From Sphaerodactylus townsendi (taxonomy: Eukaryota), in contig NC_059427.1 of assembly GCF_021028975.2 (NCBI RefSeq), forward strand, positions 76,260,001 to 76,324,000: 64,000 nt of DNA. Direction: 5' to 3'. A model generated the notes under the pieces. That model ran no database searches and was not told the DNA's origin. It saw only the letters and a list, made by a program, of their open reading frames with translations. Within the stretch, counting starts at the first letter, position 1. Each line of letters begins with the position of its first letter. The position numbers and the translations under genes were made by a program. This document shows positions 13,623-26,383 of this stretch, one piece after another.

Positions 13623-14213
13623 CTGCAAATATACCAAATAGAACAATGACAATTAGACTAATTTTAAAGTCTAGATTAGGAAGTATATCAAACAAATTTA
13701 TCCTGGCGCTAAGCAACAGTAAAAAAAATACTATGAACAGCAGTGTGAATATTTTAGCAAAACCCAGAAATTTTATTCCTGCAACATATTGTTCTGCATA
13801 TGATCCAACTATAAATGCATAGAGAGTATTGTTAAAACAAGTGCATTTTAAATTGTGCATCTTGGTTAATGTGCATATCTAAAATGCTTAAATTAAATAT
13901 TAAATGTACAGCAGAAGTTAACTGAAGTGGGATAACTGCTGTACTTAACCAAAAATATACAGAAATCATGCCTCCTTCTCCTTCATATTGTTGCTGTACT
14001 CACTGAAGAAAAAGGAAGTTACAACAGGTTCATTCATATCAGGATATGATACTATTTATTTTGGGATTTGTTATATCTCCGTAACTGTGTGAGCTACAGA
14101 CATCATAAAACAAACATTGTTTAATATAGGGACAGGAACTACAGGAGAGTGTAGGATTTCAGCCTCCCCCCACACCCCCAATGTTCATGGTTATGGCCAT
14201 CATGAAACCGCTA

Positions 14214-14468
<255 letters not shown>

Positions 14469-15434
14469 TTAATATCACCACCACAACAGTACAGTCGATT
14501 CCACACAACAAATGTATAATGGATTGCAGTCATTATAAAGAAACTTGTTTTCCTTTTCCCCATTCACATGCATGCCACATAGGCAGCGATTGGAGCCCAT
14601 GGAAACAATCCAGCTTTCGCACCTTCGCTCAGAGACGCTTCTCTCTTTTTTAATTTCCTGTAACATGTGTAGCTGCACAGGCATGCAGAAATGAGCCCCC
14701 ACAATGTATCAGATGCACCTGTGTAGCTGCACATGTGCAACATGCAAAATTAAAAGAAAAAGGGGCTCACTGCAACAGCAGGGCAATGGTAGGCAAATTC
14801 TCCCTGACTGTGGACAGCACGGTGGAAGGGAGGGAAATAAAGGTCCTCCTGCCTGGCCGTTCATGCAGGAACAGCTCCAACCTGGGATTTTGCAGAAGGA
14901 TAGCTGGTTTAGAGATTTTCAAGAATCTTGGGTTGAGGGAAATAAAACGGGGCAGACTCATTTCTGGGACAGAACCTGAGCAAAGTCCCCCCACCAAAAA
15001 AATCAGTTTATATAGTGTCCTACAGCATATGTTCCCCGTGTAGAATCATCTCTATCTATACCATAATAATTCACTTTTACTTTCAAAATTACTTCTTCCA
15101 GAGAGGAAGTGTATATTATTTTAAAAAAATTATCCTTCATTTTTCAGTTAATCAATTGACTTCCATGACAGCTTATAACAATACAAGAAACATGCACAAA
15201 CACAGCAGTTGTTATGTTGGGGCCTTGTGATATTGAAGCTTCTGCTGAGCTCTCCGGTGCTCCTATTGCTATTGTCCTTACAGAAGGCACAGAAAGTATG
15301 GGTTGCAAGGGGAGGGAACAGTGTAAACCTTACAGGAGCAAATTTGCTACTATCAATAGTAACAATCTACTTATTGTAGGGTACACAGGTAAAGAGGTCA
15401 ATTGGGTGAGGAGAGTAGTTCTAAAGCCAGTTAC

Positions 15435-15611
15435 CTTGATCGCCTCTTAAACCAGTTGCTTTGTTTTCTGAAAACAAAGCTGTATTCGTCACTTTGTCCA
15501 TAAGCAATAGCAATATCCTTTAGCTCCTGCATTACTGTCTGTGCACACTTGTTCATTAAGTGAAGAGCACGATCATCATTGGGCTTCCTGAAACCATGAT
15601 GCTCAGCAAAG
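15435..15611 (-). CDS. THG1L: THG1L exon 2
   Basis: [58 protein letters not shown]; contains the catalytic QSDEYSF motif; 177 nt. Confidence 0.96.
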
Positions 15612-17005
15612 CTTTAGAGAGGAAAAAAATGTAATAGGGAAATGTTATGTCAAAACTATTCAAAATGGACTTATCTTCATCACATTTGTACCTTTTGAAG
15701 CCCGTAAGAGAACTCAAAAATATAGTCAAAGGCAGAACCTCAGTCGAAACTCACAAATAATCCAAAATCTTCCACAACAAGGTGAAACAACTACCCTGCT
15801 GCTGCAAACCTCTTTCATTTATATGGAAGCAGAAGAGAAAATGCTGCTTTTCAGAATCAGCAAAGCTGTACAAATGTGCAGATCTGTAGATTCTGGGCAA
15901 TTTTCAATAAGGTAAAGGTGTTGGCAGACACACTAGCACAAGATGTCATGTATGCAGGCATACAGGTATAAAGGAGAAAAAGAATCTCGAGACAATGTAT
16001 AGGAACAATTACTTGTCCTGGTCATCATGGTAGCTATCTACCCCAGGTGCATGGTATCTTCCTCACAAACAATTAAAAACAGTACTATTGCTTTGCTGGT
16101 GAATAAATGATTACCATTTTATAATTTTCTTTAGCCTAGAGAAAAACTGTACTTTCCCACTGGGGTTTAAACACATGCCAGTTCTTTCACTAGAAATTCT
16201 GTTGGGGTACAAATTTAACCCATTCATTGGTAAATCACCTCTGAACATCTTTCCTTGAAAATCCTTCAGGGTCACCATGACAGTTGTGATTTGATGGCAC
16301 TTTCCACCACCCCCAATTGCATCAGGAACGTAGCTTTCTCATTTTCAACAGAAAGGAACACAACTGTCACTGATTACTGAATGTGCACATGTAGTACAAA
16401 CATACACCACAAGGCACAATAATTGAAGCACTGGTTTTGACAGGACACATGATGACTTACAACGTGTATTTACAGACATACTGACTTTCTGTTGTCAAGT
16501 ACAATCAGATTGCTTGGGGGTTAATTTTTAAACATCGCAGAACCTATCAGTGTCACTAATATTTCTCCCTTCTTCCGCGACAATTATTTTTGTCTCGTGT
16601 CGAAAACAAGGTTAACTTAATTCAACCACTCCTAAATGTTTAAAAGATCAACATGACTATATGTATTTCTTCAAATGTCCAACCGTTGGGTTGGGTTGCA
16701 TTGGTCCGATTCTCCTTTTCGCTATGGAAAAGAAAAGCGAAAACATCACTGGAAGTTCAACCCATCCGCCCACCCCTCCGTTTGGCCAGTGCTGCCAATC
16801 CAATCAAACTCTACGTCAATCAACGGCCCTGAATGGAAACGGGGGAACCCCACTGGTTCCGGAGTGCCGAAAACGTCACAGCCTCTACCACCCGGCAAGG
16901 ATGACCAGAGATGTTCCCCCGACCGGTCCACTCCCACGAGAGTCGCCGTTGCCCTGGCAACTGTTCAGACACGCGGAAGCTGCCCACGGCCGAAGCGGGC
17001 CCTAC

Positions 17006-17205
17006 CGGTGGAAGCTGCGCCCGTCCACCCGCACCACGACCCAGCAGTTGGGCAAACACGCGTCGTCCGTTTCGAAGTTGCGCACGTATTCGAACTTGCT
17101 CTTTGCCATGGCGACGCAGCTGCCGCTCAGCCGCGCGCAGGTTCCAAGGGCAACGATGGAGGCGACCGCAGAAAGAGAGTTACCGAACCTAACCCGGGCT
17201 AACAT
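17006..17205 (-). CDS. THG1L: THG1L exon 1 (ATG 17205 with putative mitochondrial presequence; downstream ATG 17109, MAKSKFEYV)
   Basis: [67 protein letters not shown]; donor CG|GTAGG. Confidence 0.93.
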
Positions 17206-17355
17206 CAGCGGAAGTACCTTTAAGCGATAACCGGAAGGGAGCGAGTCTAGCACCCATCTCTATGATGAGGCACTTAGCAGGGAGAGTGGGCAGGCGGGAT
17301 TTATATGCGGTGGAGTAACTGCGCTGCCCCAGTGGAATTGCGGCGCGCGCCGGCC

Positions 17356-17388
<33 letters not shown>

Positions 17389-18078
17389 GCCGGGGGGCGG
17401 GAGGATTGTAGTGTCCCGAAACTGAAGGAGCTGAGACTGAAAGGAACCCTGTCCAGGCGTCAAACGGCTTGAACACGACCCTCCAGTATCGTGTTAACAG
17501 TTTAACTCTCAGTCCCTGCCCTGAAAATGCAAAGCGGATCTTGTGCGGGGTGGGGAGCGCAGCAGTGCGAATAGTCTCACGCTACTGGTGTGGGATCATT
17601 GGATGCATCTCCACCCCTTGTATTGACTTGTTTAATTATTTAATCGCTTAGTTCAAGTCGAAAACGCACATCCCATCTACATCTGATGGGGAATTCGCGC
17701 AACGCCAGACAACATGATGTGCAAAAGTGGGATCCTTGCAGGAGGGGGGGCATTTTCTGCGGGTCTCCCAGGCGATCCCATTGTGACGCGATTCACGGAG
17801 TAACCATGGTGACCTTCAGGAAACGGGCCGAAGGAGGGAAAAGTGGGAGGCACGTGGAGCCCTGCCCCTGCCATTTCTTGCCGCTGCTTGGGCGGCGCGA
17901 GACTCCTGTGCGCGCGAAGGCGGGGGTCTAAGCGCTGCGCGTGCCTCTTGGAGTGGGTGGGGGGAGGGGGAGCTGAGAACGTTTGCAAACCAACCGCAGG
18001 AAACAAACGGGCGGCAACAGAGGGAAGCGGCTGAGCTCATAATCCCACAACAATCCCACTCCCGGGGGCGGGCTGAGC
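17206..18078. promoter_or_regulatory. Bidirectional CpG-island promoter region shared by THG1L and SOX30
   Basis: Divergent ATGs at 17205(-) and 18079(+); CpG-rich. Contains TATAAA on the minus strand (17300-17305), a (GGCT)n tract at ~17355-17385, an X-box-like GTAACCATGGTGAC (17800-17813), a CRE-like TGACGCGA (17784-17791) and an E-box CACGTG (17851-17856). Confidence 0.75.
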
Positions 18079-19078
18079 ATGGAAAAGGGGGCGCAGAAAG
18101 AAAGTCCCCGAGAGCAGCACCACCTCCTGCATCCCACAGCCTGGCAGGGCGCTCCCTGCGTCGACCACCTTATCTTGCACCCTATCTCCGGGCAAGGAGC
18201 CAGGGACTCGGCCCTGTTGCTCTTCCCCCCTAAACAAGATTCCCAGCATCACCCCTTGCAGTCCCTGTCTCCCAAGCCGATTTCCTTCCACACGGAGCAG
18301 AAATCTCCCCAGCAGGGAGAAGGCTCCTCCTGCAAAGAGGAGCAGCAGCAGCAGCAGCATATTTTGGAGGAACAGGCTTGCCTCAGCAAGCAGCTTTTGC
18401 AGCCCATCGTTGCTCTGGTAGATTTTGAGGAGCAGGGTGAGGTCCAGGAGAAGGGTCAGCAGAAGGAGGGGCAAACGAGAGCTGAGGAGCAGGAGCAAGA
18501 GAGCCAGGGGCTCTTGGCAGGCAGCAGCAACAAGAAGAAAAGAGGGGACCGCAAAGCTGCTGCAACCTGTCGAGCAGGGAAGGACGAGAGCCAGACTTTG
18601 GGCCATGGCAATGCAGAGGGCACAGTGGAACTCAAAGGGGGGAACACAGAAGAGACAGAGGAGATCAAAACAGAGGCAGACAGTAAAGAAAACTCTGAGG
18701 CTGAAACCTCGAAGTCTGGAGAAGAAGAGCCCATCAAAACTGAACTGGCAGATATTCCTGATGAGGATTCTCAGGGGAGGGAAGAAGTGGCATCCAAGCT
18801 TCACTCAGCCTCCAATGGCCCAGCTCATGCGAGCAAAGATGCTGCCTCATCTCAGCCACTTGGGGCACAGCATCCTCAAGAATGGAAGATTCCAATGACA
18901 CTCCATCCAGTCCCTCCTGGGGCCAGGATCCAGTTCCAAGGACCCCCGCCATCGGAGCTCATAAGAGTGACTAAAGTGCCTGTAGCACAAGTGCCCCTTA
19001 AAATGCAGTCTTTGCTGGAGCCTTCAGTGAAAATTGAAACGAAAGATGTGCCTCTCACAGTTCTGCCCTCAGATGCAG
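18079..19078 (+). CDS. SOX30: SOX30 exon 1
   Basis: Q/E-rich N-terminus ending in the conserved IPMTLHPVPPGARIQFQGPPPSELIRVTKVPVAQVPLKMQSLLEPSVKIETKDVPLTVLPSDA; phase-1 donor G|GTATT. The exact start codon is less certain than the 3' part. Confidence 0.9.
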
Positions 19079-19882
19079 GTATTAGATAGGAGCAGAGTTA
19101 AATTGTGTCATAACACTCTTTAGTATATAAATGTATACTGGAATAGAGCTATTCTTACACTGAGAGCCAAGTATGCAATTTACCCAGTTAATTTCACAAA
19201 TGACTTTAACAGATGTAGCAGGCATTAAGTGAAGGCAGATGAGCTGGGACTACACCACATCTGCAACTTTATCCTAACCTTTTCTGGAGTGTAGAAATGT
19301 GTACAAAAGACAGTTTGCTTGATTCTATAGATTTGTAGTTAAAGTATAGCAAAGTGTTCCACATACAAAATAATGTTTGTGTGGTACCAGTAGTATTAGA
19401 AATAATGTAGAACTGTGACATACATTTTTGCGGACTACAACCCACTTTATCAGGCATTGAATGCTTGATGCTACAATACATTTGTTTGCCTGATTTCTTT
19501 ATGTTCATCCTCTCCTTCTTCCAAAGATCCCAGGAACAAAAAAATTATTTGTTCCTCTATGGCACAGGAATTTTTATTCAGGAAATTATACTAGAAGGAG
19601 AGTTAAGAACTAATATGAGCCTTGCTGGATTAGACAAGTTGCCCATCTAGTCCAGCATTCTGCCCCACACAGTGGCCCAACCAGTTATTTATAGGGCCAT
19701 CAACAAGGCACAGAGGCTGTGGTCAAGGAGACTCCCCTTAGCCACAGTGTTTAGTATCCACAGATGGTCATATTGTCCATGATGTTAACTTTGTTCTTAA
19801 ACCCACACTTGTGTTTTGGCTTCATTCCAAATCCCTTCTCCTTTAATTTACTATTTAATGGGATATTTAGTTATTTTATTTA

Positions 19883-20598
19883 GTTTGGTTCAGGGGGTCC
19901 AAAGTTATGGACCCTCAAAGGGGTGCCCCATCCCCCATTCTTTGCTAAGGAGATGGGGGCTACCCTTTTGAGGGTCCATAACTTTGGACCCCCTGAACCA
20001 AACTGCACCAAACTTGGGGGATGCTATCATGACAGTCTCTAGATGATACCCTGAAATTGTGGTGCTGATGCGTCCAAAAATGCACCCCCTTCAGAAACAT
20101 CCCAGAAATTTTCCCAAGAATCTTCGTTCTGCATTTAGTTTTCTGTATTGCTGTCAATTGGGGTTGCAGGCTGAGGGAGGACATTTCTGAAGGCACAGTC
20201 TCAAAACTTTCATGGTCTCATCAGGAGACTGCCCTGATGATACCCCCCAGGTTTGGTGCAGTTTGGTTCGGGGGGGCCAAAGTTATGGACCCTCAAAACT
20301 GTAGCCCCATCTCCTATTAGCTCCCATTGGAAACAATGGAGGATGGGGCACCCCCTTTGGGAGTCCATAACTTTGGACTCCCTAAACCAAACCTCACCAA
20401 ACTTGGAAGTTATCATAAGGGCAGTCTCCTGATGATACACTGAAATTTTGGTGTCGCTAGCCTAAAAACTGCACCCCCTTCAGGCCAAAAATGGAAAACC
20501 ACTGAAAATACCCAAAAACGACCCCTGCATTTTGATGCCCCCCACAAGGTGGTGCCCTGGGCAGCTGCCCACCTTGCCCAATGGGCATTACGCCCCTG
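19883..20598. mobile_element. Non-autonomous DNA-transposon-like element with internal palindromic and tandem modules
   Basis: Palindromic modules at ~19883-20010 and ~20260-20400; ends in ...CATTACGCCCCTG, an hAT-like terminus. The left terminus is not seen. Confidence 0.6.
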
Positions 20599-20929
20599 GT
20601 TTCATACATATGTTGAAAAGCTTACAGGACAAGATGGAGCTTTGCAGAACCTCACAGGCTAAAGCCAAGAGTCTGAGCAGCAGTTCCCCAGCGTCACCTG
20701 TTAAAACCTATTCCCCATGCAGGACTGGAACCACCCAAAATCTTGCCTTCCAGACCAAATTACAAATTCAGTTTTTTTTCCTGAGCTAGGTCTGGGATCC
20801 CTCGACCCAACATGAGTTCCCTGCTTTCAAAAAACAAAGGAGAACCCAAATGGGCTCAGAATGCCCCCACAGGGGGAGGAAGGGCTCCTGCCTTTCTCCC
20901 AAAGTTGTTTTTTCTGCACAGTGCTGGGA

Positions 20930-21570
20930 GGGGTGGGGGAGAGTTATATTGCCAAATGAAGTCCTAAATAAAACTGTCTTCAACTGCCTCCTGAAGACCA
21001 AAAGCGAGAGAACCAGCCACACCTTTCTAAAGAGGTTGTTCCTTAATTATGGGACTGCCACTGAAAAATCAATCTCATATTCTTTTTTTTTTAATTGGTG
21101 GGACCTCAGAAGAGCCTCTCCCTGTAATCTTAATTCCCAGACAGGAACACATGAGATAAGACAGTGGTTCAGATCCCCAAGTCCCAAGCCATGTTGGGCT
21201 TTAAAGGACAAAACCAATACTTGAATTGGGCTTGGGAGCATATCAGTAGCCAGTGTAATTACTGTAGTATCAGGGCCACATGTTGCTGGTAGTCAGCCCT
21301 GACCAGCCATCTATACCTTTTTCAGCATAAAAATGATAGGAGATTTGAGAATTCATTCGCCATTTCCTGGACCATCTTTATTCTAGAATGCTCTGTTTGG
21401 GTCCTGGTGCCTACCTAGCTCTGTCCCCAGGGTACTGGGACCCAAATGGAGCATTCTAGAACAAAGATGGTCCAGGAAATGGCAGGTGAATGTTCAAATC
21501 TCCTGTCATCTTTATGTTGGAAAAGGTGTAGCTGCAGCATTCTGCACTAACTGCAGCTTCCAAACACTCT
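20930..21570 (-). mobile_element. L2-like LINE fragment interrupted by a MITE
   Basis: Minus-strand remnant 'IQVLVLSFKAQHGLG' with LQLVQNAAA-like sequence at 21531-21560. Confidence 0.6.
21314..21528. mobile_element. Palindromic MITE with TA target-site duplication (Tc1/mariner type)
   Basis: About 95-bp inverted arms; TA at 21312-21313 and 21529-21530. Confidence 0.75.
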
Positions 21571-24500
21571 GTCAAGGGTGATGAATTGTGCTGAAGTAAA
21601 TACCACACACTACAATTTCTTCATATGTATATTTAAGAATTTTTCAAAAGGGCTACACAATATAATCTAAATACTATAGTAGAAGACCAATTTTAAAGAA
21701 AAGTTTAAGCAATATGTCCTGAAGTTCAGCTGATCTTGTTACATTAATAATTAGGCCATTAAAATTGGCTGAACCAGAAAACAATTATGAATAATCTGTC
21801 ACTCAAGTTGGGAAAAGGTGAGATAGAAATCTAATAAATAATAGGAATATTAAAATTGTTGGTCCTGTAGCAATTAGAATTTGTTGATACCCATCCCATT
21901 CTACCATTTGGATGCCAAAGGCGGAAGCAACAATATGCTTAAAATATTTACTTGGAATAGATATTGGAAGAATATCAGTCAAGTCTTAGAATACATTTAT
22001 TTTGAAAGAGTTAACTTTACCCCATAAATGCGTCAAAGATGACCAGTGATCAAAACATTTCAGTTAAACACATTTCCAAGTTTAGTCCAGATTTCCCTGT
22101 GAAATACCAGCCCTAAATATTTAATAGAACAAGAAACATTCAGGTTGCCGGTTTCAGAGAATAGTTACGTTGGTCTGCAGTAGAGCAGCTAGATTTGAAT
22201 CCAGTAGTACCTTGGAGACCAACAAAATTTTTGGTATATGTTTTGACTCTTGAAAGCTTATACTCCAACATTTTTGTTATCTAAGGCACTGTTGGACTCA
22301 AATCTAACTATTTATTTTGCCAGTCATCTTACATTTTGGAGAAGAATCCTTTTCTCACTTTGGTACCTTTTGTACCATTTATTTTATATCTGAAAATGAC
22401 TCCAAAGTGTTCAATTTGATTTAAAACTGGAACTGAAGTTTCTGGATCTTGGTGCAACACTTTATTTGGAACCTATTACGTTTAAGGGCTTGGCTATATA
22501 CAGACCTTTGTGAAAGAGTCCAGTAGATTTCAAAGAACCAAATTTGTTCTGGAAATAATTCAGATTTATGATGAATAAAAATTCCAAACCATAGAGGTAA
22601 TATAATAGTGGGGATGTACTATCATCCTCCTGACAGAGGTTTGACGTCAATTTTCAGGTGCACCAAAAAGCATAGAGGCAAGAAAATTAGAACATTTAAG
22701 AACAATGGATGGCTTCAAGGGTTCTCAGATTGATTGGCTAAGTGTAAAGTTGAACCATAACAAAGACAACATTTATTAACAATACATTGTTGTTAGTCGT
22801 GGAACCAAAAAGAGGCAAAAGAACTTTAGGTGTAATCCTAAACTGTGGACAGTGGACTACAGCTTATTCAGGAGCAGGGATCTGCACACTGAGATGCAGT
22901 CTCAGTCTGGCATTCAGAACAGTACTGAAGTCAAGGTAATAATCTTGAATTTATCCGGGTCTAGGTTCACAACTAGATCAGAAGCACACTGGCCATGAAA
23001 ACTGCTTGAACATTCAAGGTTCTATGTTCCTGGGTCTCATCCAGCCAGGGGTTGATAGTGTAATAATTGTGTGAAGCACTAGAAGTACTTGGGTATGGAG
23101 CTGGCTTGAACACTGCCCTCCACTATAGTGCTTTGTTGTCATTGAGCTGCCTTCTCATGTGCCTACCATTTTTGCTGCTCTTAAAACTTTAGGAGAGAAC
23201 CTGGAGAAACTGTTGGTTTAGTATCTGTTCCCATGAAGTAGCGGTTTGTCTTCCCTGGGGTCTGTTGGCAGCACTGTCTGCAGCTGAAACTTCAGGGGCC
23301 GGCCCGTAGACTGAGGTCTGAGGAAGTGTGGCCTGTGGTCTGATAAGAGTCTGATAACATGAGGTGCCCCCAGATGGTCATACTTGGATGAGGTATCTGT
23401 TCTTGGGTACAGGTCTGGCTCAGGAGAGATCCTGATACTACTGTTGAACCACAGCTCCCTTCCCTCACAAACACCATCATTCTTCATCAAAAGAACTTCA
23501 AAAGGAGACTGATAAGAAACTGCAGAATAATAATTTATCAATATGTTTAATTGTATTAATTATTGTTGAAACACAGTGCCCTCTTCTAGCTATATGTCTC
23601 TCCTCAGGCCTCCTTGCTGATTGTCCCAATCTATGTAATGGTACCATCTTTGCCAATTTTGAGAAAGAAATGTAAGGCTGCTGTGTTTTAGAGAACATTT
23701 TGTTAAGGTTGATCATTGGTATTTTGCAAACCATTTGAGATTGTGAAGATATTTTCAGATGTGCCTTGAATTTATGATTGTGAAAGTCTCATATTTTCTG
23801 GCTATAATATATTTTTCCTGATGTTAGTTGCCTTGAACCTGTGGGGAAAGGCATTTTGATGAATAAACTGAAAACAAATCAACCAAATTTTATCAGCCTT
23901 TACATTATTCTATATATTACATAATATTATATTATCTCAACTAGACATTATGGGTTTTTATCTACGTGTATCCTTAGTCACACAGCAGCTACTGAGAACT
24001 AATTTGCCAAGTGCTACAGGAGCTCAGTTTGGATCAGGACCACAGCACTGTGAAAGGCGGTTCAACCTCCTCCCTTGTACCATTTTCCTGACCTGGAACA
24101 TCCTGGAGACATTTTGCCCCACTGGGAGGTTACACTACTATTTTTATTATTTTATTAAATACCTTGCCCTCCCCAGCCAAAACCAGGCTCACTAGAGAGT
24201 GAGAGCTGAGCCAAGGTAACCCTCAATCCCTACTCTTTAACAAATGTGGCATCTAGTTTGGCCATATTGGAACTATTGTCTTGTATACTTTATCAGCTTT
24301 TGAGTTCTGTATAGAATTTTGACAAATTGAACACCTTGCCATTTATGGTCTTTTTAATCTCAGGTTAACAGTTTTTGCTTCTGTATACTGTACATGTGCT
24401 GACTTCAGATACATAAAAGGCTTGTGCTTCAATAAATCTTTTAGTCTGTGTACCACAAGACTTCATCTTGTTTTGACATTATGTTAGCATTTGTCCACTG

Positions 24501-25030
24501 GAAAAAAAAGATAATCTATCTTTCAGCAAAATATTTCACCACTTTCCCCTAAATAATAATACACAGCCTCATCAAAAAAGTAAATACATGCACATTGCAA
24601 CGCTCAACCAAACAAAGTGGGTAAAAGGTACTTCTGGCCCCAACTGCCACATCTTTATCCAACAGAAGGCTTGGATCCAACAGCATTCCCAAGCTGCAAA
24701 CTTACTCCTTTACGAGGAGTACAGCTGCATCCAAAAAAGGAGACCTCCCTATTCCTGGGCTAAACCTTCTGCCTTTCCAGTAGCACCACTGTTTTGTTTA
24801 GTGTAAGTTTCAGCTTGTTATTCCTTATCCATCCCAAAACTGTCTCCAGGAATCTGTACACAGTTTCCATAGCCCCCCTGAGATTTGTAGCAAGTGTGAG
24901 ATAGAGCTGAATTTCATCCACATATTGATGGCAACTCAGTCCTTCATAACTCCACCCCCCTTCCAGTTAACCTCTCCCAGCACTTTACCTCGATGTTTAA
25001 AAGCATGGTGAACAAGATGTAATTTTATAA

Positions 25031-25171
25031 GGCCCCTTCCGCACATGCAAAATAATGCACTTTCAATCTACTTTCAATGCACTTTGCAGCTGTGTGGAGC
25101 AGCAAAATCCACTTGCAAACAATTGTGAAAGTGGACTGAAAGTGCATTATTCTGCGTGTGCGGAAGGGGCC
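25031..25171. mobile_element. PIF/Harbinger-type MITE
   Basis: TIRs GGCCCCTTCCGCACATGCA.../...TGCGTGTGCGGAAGGGGCC; TAA target-site duplication at 25028-25030 and 25172-25174. Confidence 0.85.
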
Positions 25172-25394
25172 TAAGTCTCCACAGTCCAGAGGGCAAGGGG
25201 CTGAACATCAGTTTCATGTCTTCATTAGCATGAATACTGTGGTCTCACCCAACAGACAAATGGGTAGCCAGATCATGTCAAAATAGTCTTCCTTAGTGAC
25301 AATGGATGTTTTCTTCAATTGCCTGGAAAACTCTGGCCTCTAACACATAGCAGAGCTAATGGATGCATCAGATAAAAGTTTAAAGCATGCTGGA

Positions 25395-26272
25395 CAGTGG
25401 TGGGATTCAAAAATTTTAGTAACAGGTTCCGATGGTGGTGGGATTCAAACAGTGGCGTAGCGCCAATGGGGCTGGGCGGGGTATGATGGGGGCATGGCCA
25501 GGCATTCTGGAGGTGGGGCATTCCTGGGCAGGGCTGTGGCAAGGACGCAGGGCATGCGCGCCCCAGGTGCAGTTCTCCTTCGCCCCACCTCTAGATTAAA
25601 ATAATGACTGTTTAAAGTATTAAAAAGCAATATACTGTATGGTAGTGTATTATTTCTTTTTTATACAATTATGTTGATTGATTTTAAATAATAACATAAG
25701 TAAGGAGAGAAACCAAAAACTGTTCACAATTGTTAACATATTACAAACATATCTAATTGTCTATCTCAAACCGCCCCCCCACTAAAACATCCTATATTGC
25801 CTCTCTCCTTCCCATATTTCCCTCCCTCCCTACTTTCTACTTCCCCTTCAGATTCCTATAACTACTTTATCTATTCCACTTGAAAGAAAACTAACAGGGA
25901 GAGATCCAAAATCCTTAATCTAAAAGAGTAGTTTAAACTCCTCCTTTCCAATATAAATTTCAAGGGGAAAAAAGAAAATGAAAAATCCTTACCTATAATA
26001 CTTTACCAACCTTTATACCAATCCCCCCCAAAATAGAATTACTATATATTGTATTATTTCATACAGTTCATACATGGGAATGCCATGGGGGGCAGGGGGG
26101 TCGTGGGGGGCGATTTTGCATCCCCCACTTGACGAGATTTGTTGTACCCAGGGACAGAGATTACCCCCTTGTCCCTAGTGGAGTTAATCATTGATAACTG
26201 GTTTTCCGAACTGAGAAAATTTTAGTAACCAGTTCTACCAAATAGTTGCGAATAGGCTGCATCCCACCTCTG
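25395..26272. mobile_element. Non-autonomous hAT DNA transposon
   Basis: TIRs CAGTGGTGGGAT / ATCCCACCTCTG; perfect 8-bp target-site duplication ATGCTGGA at 25387-25394 and 26273-26280. Confidence 0.88.
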
Positions 26273-26318
26273 ATGCTGGATCTAGACACAGAGCATGACC
26301 AACAAATAATTGGGATTA

Positions 26319-26321
<3 letters not shown>

Positions 26322-26378
<57 letters not shown>
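26322..26378. repeat. (GA)n microsatellite
   Basis: Read directly from the sequence. Confidence 0.95.

Positions 26379-26383
<5 letters not shown>

Noticed and set aside
16661-17230. 189-aa and 175-aa plus-strand ORFs as a possible C5orf52
   Set aside because: Antisense to THG1L exon 1 in a CpG island; no resemblance that I can recognise.
18037-18804. 255-aa Leu-rich antisense ORF
   Set aside because: Mirror of the CAG/GAG-rich SOX30 exon 1 codons.
19883-20460. Repeated palindromic units resembling a CRISPR or regulatory array
   Set aside because: Eukaryotic context with no regular repeat-spacer periodicity; explained as transposon-internal repeats.
22840-23469. Possible solo LTR
   Set aside because: TG...CA-like ends are suggestive, but I found no convincing target-site duplication or second copy.
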